Notes under the pieces: generated by a model
What the model saw: the letters and a program-made list of their open reading frames with translations, nothing else
Told to the model about the DNA's origin: nothing
Database searches by the model: none
Source: Eledone cirrhosa
Lineage: Eukaryota
Length of the DNA: 64,000 nt
Direction of reading: 5' to 3'
Assembly: GCA_964016885.1 (NCBI GenBank)
Contig: OZ024741.1
Coordinates: 318,184,001-318,248,000 of the forward strand
Made by a program: the position numbers and the translations under genes
In this document: piece after piece, positions 53,977 to 64,000 of the stretch
Numbering within the stretch: the first letter of the stretch is position 1
Layout: each line of letters opens with the position of its first letter

Positions 53977-54058
53977 GGCGAAAGCAGGGGAGTACGTGGC
54001 TCTGATGAACGCCAACCAGCGTGAAACAGACTGTCAGCTTCTCTCCCCTTCTTTCGCC
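53977..54058 (+). ncRNA. Canonical minimal type I hammerhead ribozyme with extended stem I
   Basis: ggcgaaagcaggggag..ggct-CTGATGA-acgc-caacca-gcgt-GAAA-cagact-GTC-agct..ctccccttctttcgcc; predicted cleavage after 54035. Confidence 0.88.
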
Positions 54059-54139
54059 TACTTTAAAATTGATAGCGTATGGTCTTCTAAATGTTTTAAA
54101 TTAAATATACGATATATTGCCAAATATACAATACATACA

Positions 54140-54175
<36 letters not shown>

Positions 54176-54301
54176 GAAAGTGAACAACACAATATATAAC
54201 TACTCCATTAACAAAGGTTTCAGAACCCTAGATGATATTAACATACGTCTAGTTCGGTCACTGTTTTATACATACAGCACTATATTTTCCTCGGATATAC
54301 T

Positions 54302-54396
<95 letters not shown>

Positions 54397-54480
54397 TTGT
54401 ATATATATTTAAGTAAGAGCCGTACTAAGAGTGAGGAATGAAATTTCGTTTCATTTTTTCCGTTTATATATATATATATA

Positions 54481-54725
54481 TATATAATATTACTTCAAAA
54501 TATTAATAAATATAGACATTCATGTGATCAAATATATTTTATTATACATATTTCAGAGGTACTGAGCTATTTCAACAGTACGTCCTCATCAGATAAAATA
54601 AGTTGATGCCTGACATACCTTGACTATGTTGAGGACGTACTGTTGAAATAGCTCAGTACCTCTGAAATATGTATAATAAAATATATTTGATCACATGAAT
54701 GTCTATATTTATTAATATTTTGAAG

Positions 54726-54780
<55 letters not shown>

Positions 54781-54897
54781 GTATGTATGTATATATATAT
54801 ATATATATTATACTCCAGAAAACTGTTGAATGCTCTGAATCAGTTATAAACATTTATATTTGTTGAATTACCAACAAATTGAATATCCCTTATGCTT
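54481..54897. mobile_element. Fold-back element, family A (palindrome 54481-54737; tail ~54808-54897 separated by a TA tract)
   Basis: 108-bp arms, 41-nt loop; tail tactccagaaaactgttgaatgctctgaatcagtt...atatccctt. Confidence 0.85.
54535..54600 (-). ncRNA. Type I hammerhead ribozyme
   Basis: Minus strand: tattttat-CTGATGA-ggac-gtactg-ttgaaatagct-cagtac-ctct-GAAA-tatgtata-ataaaata. Confidence 0.8.
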
Positions 54898-55084
54898 ATA
54901 TATATATATATATATACATATATGAAAATCTGCTTCGTAGAATAAAGACGTATCTGAGGACCTTGCGATTTTCAGAGTCAGGTTCGATCATCATATCGAT
55001 CGTGCCACGAGCTGGTCGCCAGAGAAACGATTGTAATATGTCCAATAAATTACATTCGTCGCAACACTGCTTTTCTTTTTTTAG

Positions 55085-55168
55085 TGATATCATACTCTGC
55101 TCTATGAGAGCATCGAGTGATCATACGGCCTACCGCATACGGACGCTTTAAGCATCCAACACCAATTA
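55085..55168. repeat. Dispersed repeat end shared with 6345-6428
   Basis: gatatcatactctgctctatgagagcatc..cggacgctttaagcatccaacacc, followed by (TA)n in both copies. Confidence 0.85.
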
Positions 55169-55190
55169 TATATATATACCCATACATATA

Positions 55191-55222
<32 letters not shown>

Positions 55223-56379
55223 CATGTGTGTGTACAACTCATAAATAAAAAAAATTATACATACAAATATCTATATATCTATATATTAATTTCAACAATG
55301 TCAGTATTCCGTGTGTCATAATTCTCGATTATCATTGGTTCATAGATTTCAAACGACTCTGCCCACCTCAACGACGCCAAACTTAAATTAATATGCATAA
55401 TGCCAATGAGGGAGTGAGAGGGGAGAGTAAGAAACAGAGAGGCAAAGTATTGGATACACTATGTATATGTGTCAGTGTAGAGACATGTGTGTGTGATGCA
55501 TGTGGAAATAAGAGAGGAAGGAAAGCAATAACTATTAACATGTGTGCGTGTGTATGTACGTGCGCGTATGTTTATGTGTGTGTGCGTGCGTGCAGCGTTC
55601 CACAGAAAATAAAACCTATCAACATGTGTGAGTGTGTGCGTGTGTGTAAGTGCACGGGTGCGTGTGTAAGTTTGCGTGCGTCGCTTCTGATTGCGGTGGT
55701 AATAAAACCTCATCATATGCTGAGTCTGGCAAAAAGGTTGGATCCTATGGCCGACCAGGGCTAGAGTAATATTGAAAAACGATTCTATTTTCGAAGTAGA
55801 AGGATCCGCCATTTGTAGTTCAAACCAGGCCACCTCCCCGAGTTGAACTCTGGGCAACATTGACTGTCTATTACTCAGTGGCCAAGAGCCTGGAAATTAC
55901 TGAATACATTTTTGTGTCATATAATTTGTTGTTTTATTATTATAGCTGACCACTTATAGATAAGCATGTTATCCATATCCATATTAATTTGGTATTTGTA
56001 TAAACTATTTCAAGTAAATAGGGACCTCTTTTACATTGACGGACATCTTTTATATCTATATCTATATCTACATATAATATAAAAGATTGGAACTTCCATC
56101 CTTTTGAGAAACGTGGAACAACCATGTCTATGCAATGATACACGTTTTATAGTCAGGCAGAAGATGAACCATCTCCTAGAGGTCACTATTCTAGATGGGA
56201 CCACCTAGAATTGTTCATATACTATGCATAAACGGTACAACGAAGAATCTGGTATATCTGGAAGATTTTGTTACTGTTTTTTTTGTATCTCACAGACACC
56301 GCATACTCGCCTCATACTGTAACCAGGCAAACATCCAATACAGTCATTTTCTCTTTTACCTGTCTTCTCTTATCATCTG

Positions 56380-56412
56380 TTTACCCGGGCGAAGCTGGGT
56401 ACGTCAGCTAGT
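56380..56412 (+). mobile_element. Helitron-like 3' terminus
   Basis: GC hairpin acccgggcgaagctgggt then CTAG|T. Confidence 0.55.
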
Positions 56413-56859
56413 TTATATAATAGATACATACATGATTGCATGTGAGTGTATGTAGGTGCTTGTGAGTTTGAGTATGTTTTCCCGCAACTAGTCGTATCAA
56501 ATTTTATCGGTGAAATGTCGAATATCAAAGAAGATACTTAAGAGACGACTACGGAGTCGGATGTTTGACATTTGAATTACAAGAGATAATTAGATGAAAT
56601 AATTGTTTTTGTTATTATTGGAAAATTGAAGATAACACAAGAGTAATTATACTGAACTTCTAATGGAATATTTAATGAAAAACAACAGCAACAGCAGAAA
56701 CAATTACAATAATATTTATATGGAAAATCTAGTTTCCGAACTATAATCGCAATGGAGACCAAAAACTAAACGTTTATAGAAGGTGGGGGATAGATTCGTA
56801 GGTTTGTCTGTCGGTCAGTAAGACAATCTGTCTGTCTGTCTGTCGTACTGTCTTCAGCC

Positions 56860-56975
56860 TGCTTGTGTGAGTGTGTGTATCTATCTGTCTACGTGTTTAT
56901 ATATGTGTGTGTGTGTGTATCTGTCTTTCTGCCTACCTGTGTGTGTGAGTGTGTGTATATATCTGTCTTTCTGTC

Positions 56976-57008
<33 letters not shown>

Positions 57009-57975
57009 GTGTATAGCTGGCTGCGTGTTTATATGTGTGTGAGTATGTGTGTATATCTTTCTTTCTGCCTGCCTGTGTGTGTGTGTGTATAGCTGGCTGC
57101 GTGTTTATATGTGTGTGTGAGTGTGTGTGTATATCTGTCTTTCTGCCTGCATGTGTGTGTGTGTGTGTATAGCAGTCTGCGTGTTTATATGTGTGTGTGT
57201 ATATCTGTCTTTCTGCCTGCCCGTGTGTGTGTGTGTGTGTGTATAGCTGTCTGCATGTTTATATGTGTGTGTGAGTGTGTGTGTATATCTGTCTTTCTGC
57301 CTGCCTGTGTGTGTGTGTGAGAGTGTTTGTGAGTGTGTGTGTGTGTTTGTGAGTGTGAGTGTGTGTGTCTGTGTGCTTATATATATCTGTGTGTGTGTTT
57401 GTCTGTCTGCTTGCTTGTGTGTGTGTGTGTATATGTGTCTGTCTACGTACTTATGTGTGTGTGTGTGTGTATGTGTATGTGTCTGTCTACGTACTTATGT
57501 GTGTGTATGTGTATGTGTCTGTCTACGTACTTATGTGTGTGAGTGTGTGTGTATGTGTATGTGTCTGTCTACGTACTTATGTGTGTGTGTGTGTATGTGT
57601 CTGTCTACGTACTTATGTGTGTGTGTATGTGTATGTGTCTGTCTATGAACTTATGAGTGTGTGTGTGTGTGTGTACGTGTGTGTGTATCTGCATGTGTGT
57701 GTATGTGTCTGTCTGCGTACTTATGTGTGTGTGTGTGTACGTGTGTCTGTACGTGTGTGTGTATGTGTCTGTCTGCGTACTTATGTATGTGTGTGTGTGT
57801 GTGTACGTGTGTGTCTACGTGTGTGTGTATGTGTGTATGTGTCTGCCTGCCTCCTTATGTATGTGTGTGTGTGTACGTGATCATGGCTGCCTGGCAATCG
57901 CTAAGCTATGCTGAATTAAATTAGTTCGTTAACATATTCTTACGGTGTATAGTCTTCATTGGTTGTCATGCATTA
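56860..57975. repeat. TG-rich compound minisatellite with unique end, partly duplicated at 60355-60705
   Basis: gtctgtctacgtacttatgtgt units plus a ~100-bp unique block in both places. Confidence 0.85.
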
Positions 57976-58381
57976 AATGGCTGGGTTGTGAAATTGAAAT
58001 TATTTCAAGTAGCAGTTTGAAATTTTTTACGAAACACATGCAGAAATCAATGTTTATTTCAGTTTTATTGTTAGGTTATTTATTGGGTTCTGATTGTAGA
58101 GAGAGATATAGAGATAGAGAGGGAAATATCGAGAGAGTGCGAGATATGGTTGCCATTGACAATAGATCTCCTTTGAAGGAAATAAAAAGTATCTCATTCT
58201 TACTTAAACATTACATTTACGAATAGTGTAAGGGCTGACTAGGATTAGGCCTGGGTTCATTAGGGTTAGGTTTAGTGCTAGTATTCGTCAGGATTAAAGT
58301 TCCTTCGTTGCCTCGTGTGTGTATGTGTGTATAGAGAATTCTCTCTCTCTCTATCTCTCTCTCTATATATATATATACATA

Positions 58382-58468
58382 CAGGGTGTCCAAAAATGTT
58401 TACACACTTTGATTATCTGTACAGGCAATATTTGTTAGAATTGTGTAAACATTTTTGGGGACACCCTG
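58382..58468. mobile_element. Tc1/mariner-type MITE
   Basis: TA-CAGGGTGTCCAAAAATGTTTACAC...GTGTAAACATTTTTGGGGACACCCTG-TA. Confidence 0.85.
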
Positions 58469-58496
58469 TATATATATATAATATATATATATGTGT

Positions 58497-58548
<52 letters not shown>

Positions 58549-59059
58549 CTTTGTGCTTGTGTTTATATACACATATATGTATATATGTATACAAATGGAA
58601 GTACAGCATATTCGAGCTCGAGCTGCAGCTAAGCCGACGAATGCATTTAGAAGTGCAGCCAAGCACTCGATAAGGTATAAAACCTTAGAGTAATAACATA
58701 CAGTTTAAAGGGCTTTGCAAATTGAAGATAGCGATAGATAAATATACGTTTGTATGTGAGTGTGTGTGTTTGTGTGTGTGTGCGCGCGCGTGTGCGTGTA
58801 ACTATTTATTTATTCATTAATCGGAAAAGAATGGGTAGTATCTATAACGTTTGCAGACAATAACAGATGGATGAGGTCGAGGAAGTTGATGTTGAGCCAT
58901 AACAGATTGCTAGGAATTTTGAAACCTGGCCTTTGTAAAAATCGTGTAATTTTAGTTGGTTCGTTTATGGTTAAGGAGAGTATAGTGTCTTTTGTACTTT
59001 TGCTTGCAATGGGTTCTATGTGTTTAATTACTTTGAATGATAATCTTGAAACCGTCTAT

Positions 59060-59450
59060 CAGAGTATTCTGCAATACATCCAGAAACTGGTCTTCTGAGA
59101 ACCACTGCATGGAGTGGGGAAAGTGTGGAGGGCGTCATGTCACATACATTGACAACCTGAAGCTGGCCTGGAATCTATCCAGAAACTAAAGATGGAAATA
59201 ATAGACAAAGTAGCGTGATGGATGTCATGTCACACACATTGACAACCTGAAATAGAATACTTGCCTGGAATGTATCAAAGAACTAAAGATCGCAATGATG
59301 GACAAAGAAATGTGGTGGACGTCATGTCACATACAATAACAACCTAAAGCAGGATACTAGCCTGGAATCTATTGAGGAACTGAAGATTGAAATAACGAAG
59401 GACAGAGAAGTGTGGAAAAAGGACATTGTTGAAATGGTGAGGGTGGGAGC
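59060..59450 (+). repeat. Tandem triplication of a ~95-bp unit, likely an RTE 3' fragment
   Basis: tcatgtcaca.ac..tgacaacct.aa..gcctggaat.tat..agaactaaagat three times. Confidence 0.7.
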
Positions 59451-60774
59451 TCGGTCTAATTTATATTATGACTATATAAAATATTTTCGAAATTTTCCTC
59501 TAGTAATTTTTAATATTAACTTTAAGCATCTCCCAAACACCTCATATCTAATTGTTATTGGATCTGTAGATATTTAATGTCGTACAACATTAAGCATCCA
59601 CAGATCTAATGAAATAGCGCCTAGATTTGCACAACAAATATGATATGGTTTAGTTTTGTTTGAACCCACATTTAGATCATCATATAGAGAGTTTCAAAGC
59701 AATTGAATTGGAGGAATACTGGCGTCTGGTGATTGTAAATATAGTCTGTGTGCTCACTGGAATGGGTGATTAATATAGCAACCTACATTTCGTAATGTTG
59801 GAGAAACGCTGTAATTTCTTTCTTCCTTTAGAGTAATTCGAATGTATTTTTCTATTTTGCTGTCGTTTAATGTTTTCTTCATTTAGTATAATTACGAAAA
59901 TTGAATGTGAGGTTTGCATTAAACATTTACGTTGCCTACAACCAGTAATGGAAGCCAATGCACAAATTATTTTTCTTGAAGTTGTAAATTATTTTATCGA
60001 AACAACAATGACAAACTAGAAGTGAAAAAACAAACAAAACCAAAAACAAAAAAAACCGATATGGGATGCTGGTAGATTTCATCATACGGTAGTGTTTAAG
60101 AGTGTTTATATGGATATCGACATCTAATTAACGGTAGACGAGGGCCGATGGCAAGATAAGCAATTCTTGTGAAACGTAAAGAAAAAAATAACCCAACCTG
60201 CTAAGAGTCTCTATTATCTTCAATTGACTTTAAAAAAAGGTGATGGGCTTTAAAAGAGAGAAATTTTACGAAGGATTGGTAAAACCAAATGGATTTGTGA
60301 AGAGAGAGAAAGAGAAGGAGAAAGTGATATATATATATATATTAAAAAATAGAGGTGTATATGTGTCTGTCTACGTACTTATGTGTGTGTATGTCTACGT
60401 ACTTATGTGTGTGTGTGTGTATGCGTATGTGTCTGTCTACGTACTTATGTGTGTGTGTGTGTGCATATGTGTCTGTCTACGTACTTAAGTGTGTGTGTGC
60501 GTGTGTATGTGTGTGTGTACGTGTGTGTGTACGTGTGTGTGTACGTGTGTGTGTACGTGTATGTGTCTGTCTGCGTACTTATGTGTGTGTACGTATGTGT
60601 GTGGGTACGTGATCATGGCCGCCTGGCAATCGCTAAGCTATGCTGAATTAAATTAGTTCGTTAACATATTCTTACGGTGTATAGTCTTCATTGGTTGTCA
60701 TGCATATATATGTCCCAAGGCTCTGATACTATCAACACTATAAACACAGAGCTGGCATATCTAAGAACGGACTA

Positions 60775-60824
60775 ACTGCCTGATGAGGTCATAGCCATTC
60801 ATCGAAATATATATATATAGCAGT
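60775..60824 (+). ncRNA. Type I hammerhead, solo relative of the 48059 HHR
   Basis: actgc-CTGATGA-ggt-catagccattc-atc-GAAA-tatatatatata-gcagt. Confidence 0.72.
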
Positions 60825-60868
60825 AAATAAAGGGTTATGAGTTCATGCAACTGACTTATGTTTCGTCA

Positions 60869-60900
<32 letters not shown>

Positions 60901-60904
<4 letters not shown>

Positions 60905-61130
60905 GTGTTGGACTTACGATCATAATATCGTGGGTTCGATTCCTGGGATGCGTGTTGTGTTCTTGAGCAAAACACTTCATTTCATGATACTCAGCTGAAA
61001 ATGAGTACCAGCAATAGATGGGCATTTAACTGCGATGGACTGGTGTCCTGTCCAGTGGGGAGTCTTGTACTCTCAGTCACTTCATGCCATGAGCTGGGAT
61101 AAGCACCGGCCAAATGACCCTTCTGGCTTA
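60901..61130 (+). mobile_element. tRNA-derived SINE (second family)
   Basis: ggttcgattcctgg...ttgtgttcttgagcaaaacacttcatttc...gcgatggactggtgtcctgtccag. Confidence 0.7.
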
Positions 61131-61349
61131 AGACAGACTTGGAAGGAGGTCACGCTGCCAATAAGTAAGTTTGAATTCAGGTAACTAATCCATCCATCCG
61201 TTGGTTACACAACTAATTAGCTATTTACCTAATTGTCAAAGCTCTTTCATCACGCAGTCTGTAGCGTTATCAATGAATTATACCTACTGTGACACCTCTC
61301 ACTCTCAACGTTGCCTTCGGCTATAGTTACTCCATCTTTTTCCCTGATT

Positions 61350-61730
61350 AATAATAACAATAAGAATATTGATAATAAACATTTCTTTATTAACCACATA
61401 AGGCTCATATTAAGAAAACATTAAAGACGATACAGTGTAGGTTTACTTGTGTAAAATAAAATTTATAAAAGAGGCTAAGAAAATAAACATTTAAAACAAA
61501 CATAACAACTTCCCCAAAGGTGAGGAGAGTGTAAGGGTCACTCGTGTAGAAATCCCATAAAAGCCACGGTCACCCTGTTCCGCTTCGCCGAAGAGGAAAA
61601 TAGTTGTCTTCAACACTTTCAATCTCATCCACCACACGATCTCTTTCACCATGGCCACCAAGCAGTTAAAAACTGCATGTCCTTCCCCTCTAAAAGGAGA
61701 CCGTGGGGCGATCTTCACAATGATGTGAAG
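61350..61730 (-). mobile_element. Tx1/L1-like LINE 3' fragment
   Basis: AVFNCLVAMVKEIVWWMR C-terminal-like peptide, 3' UTR with AATAAA and (TTA)n tail. Confidence 0.45.
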
Positions 61731-61860
61731 CTTAAGTGGCGCATGTGTGTTTATTGCTTACACAACTCTCCCAAAGTATAACAAAATCTGTTTCAATACA
61801 CGATTTCACATCAAGAATCTTGCAAAACAAATGCAAAACGTTGCACACACGCACACACAC

Positions 61861-61931
<71 letters not shown>

Positions 61932-62539
61932 CACACACACATACACACACACGCACATACACACACACGCACACACACACACGCGCACACACACACACAC
62001 ATATACATATAGATAGATATAACTTAGCCGGATTATTCCTAGTCTAGCACACTGCGACTGGCCAAGGTGATGCAGTGTAAGATTGAACCCAGAAGCTGGT
62101 GGTTGCAAAAGGAACACCTTAAACAAACAGCCATGCCTAGGAGAATTTATTGACTGGCTAGGGAGAGGGAGTCATTTTTTAAAGCAATTATACATTATGT
62201 ACTTGTATATGTCACCAGAACAAAATTCCAGACATCAAGGTAATGTAATCTAATTCAACTTTTTGATCTCCTAGGTGAAAAACTTCATTTTTTCAGCTTT
62301 TTGAGTCGTTACGTCTAGCCAATTTTCCTGAAATTTCAAGGCATATTATACACATAAAAACAATTCATTTTCTTAATCCCTTTCATTAGGTGAAAACCTG
62401 TATTTTTCCTGTTTCATCGAGGAAAATCTTAAACATTATCCAGCCATCAGAGTATTCGGTTTATTTTCTTTACATATTGTCCAGGCATGCAGTTTTTCCA
62501 CGATTAGGTCTGTTGGCGGCCCGCGTTCCAAAATACCTT

Positions 62540-62570
62540 ATCCCGTGCAACGCCGGGTACCACTGCTAGT
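62540..62570 (+). mobile_element. Helitron-like 3' terminus
   Basis: cccgtgcaacgccgggtaccactgCTAG|T. Confidence 0.6.
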
Positions 62571-64000
62571 ATAATATAAACAGATGATGACAATATTTAT
62601 CATGGAGCCTTGTTATCTTCCGAGGTAAGATCTTAGTCATTCTGTCCTCTGTTGGGACTATAACGCAACATCCACCTGAGGTTTTAACACTTCAGTGAGA
62701 CAGAATGACTGAAGGACAGAATCTTTCATTGGTTGATTCATGCTGTTACATATGTATGTCTCCACATACATATATGTGCATGCATACATATAAACATGCA
62801 TACACACACATTCGTATGCATTTCTGCACACTTACATTTAACTTACTAAATATCTACAAACCAATAATATAATGTAATATAATAAAATATAATATATTAT
62901 TATATTATATATAATATAATGTAATATACAGAACATTTCTTTTCAAAATGCTCTATATATTTATCATGCTGTTTTGTGTTAGTTTATTTCTTTCTTCTTG
63001 TTATCAACAATTGAAATTCGCCAAGTTCAATCAATCCACTGTATCGATTTTCTGCCATTCATTACCCAATACGTACTATGTGCTCTGAACAGCTGGGTTG
63101 TGTTTTAGGAGAGATTCATTTGAATTTATTATATTTTGTTTTGTTTTGCTTGTTGCGTTCATTATGAAGTTAGTAATGATGGATAAGCTATATTTTTCTC
63201 TGGTTCTCTCAACAATAGTTAACATATTTATAAATTATATACAAAGAAAAGAACCGATGTGAAACAGCGGAGTTTTTCTTTGCATACACACACACACACA
63301 TACACACATACACACACGCACACACACACACACACACAAACATACATGCTGACATACACTAACACACATACACACACACACAGACATATATACACACACA
63401 CATATATATGTATATAAATATTTATTATGTAGTTGAAATCACCAGGAAAGGTGCTAATCCAAAGAGGTGGAATTGACCTTTGTCGTTCCAGTTGATTAGG
63501 AATAGCCTGCTCGTGAAATTAATCTGAAAGTAGCTGAGTGTTCTCCAGCCATGTGTACCCTTAATCTAATTCTCAGGGAGATTCTGGAACTCTCTTATTT
63601 ATTCCAGCTAAATGAACTGGAACAACCTGAAATATAGTGTCTTACTTGAGGATACAACGTTCTGGTGGGAATACAAGGCGTAGGAGGTTGTTGACCTCGA
63701 TTCAATAACTATAGGCAACATGTTGTTTAAATATGTTAATTCTTTCGTGTAATTTGTTATTTATTACAACTCATATTCGATTTCTTGCAAATTATAATAC
63801 ATACAAACAATATGGGACATATAAAGAAGCTTCCATTAACATACACAGACATAGAAAGACGCCCACATATGCACACACTCACATATACATATATTCATTT
63901 ATGTATATATATGCATGTGGAGTAGGGGTGCATACAATTAATCTAATTTGTTTTCTTTTCGATTCACTCCATCTTATTAGCTCAAGCAACTGTTAACCCC

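Noticed and set aside
58255-58280. ttagggttagg telomere-like seed
   Set aside because: Fewer than two full units; expected by chance.

Overview
Repeat-dominated, AT-rich animal DNA with dense (TA)n, (CA)n, (TATG)n and (GA)n microsatellites. The microsatellite and SINE make-up suggests an octopod cephalopod (inference). No host protein-coding exon is recognisable. Real coding content is retroelement-derived: a near-intact CR1-group LINE (ORF1 plus 916-aa APE-RT ORF2, minus strand), a 5'-truncated RTE LINE, two decayed Penelope-like elements (PLEs; RT plus GIY-YIG), and CRE-, L1-, Tx1- and RTE-like fragments. There are also tRNA-derived SINEs, small DNA-transposon remnants, a 60-bp minisatellite and a G-rich array. 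The main signal is about ten fold-back (palindromic) insertions in (TA)n tracts. Most carry a type I hammerhead ribozyme (HHR) or part of one, with compensatory stem variation between copies, and one can be tied to the full PLE in this window. The CR1-group LINE also has a GGGAAAC slippery heptamer at the ORF1 stop, in register for a -1 frameshift into an ATG-less ORF2. All structures were folded by eye; nothing was computed or searched.
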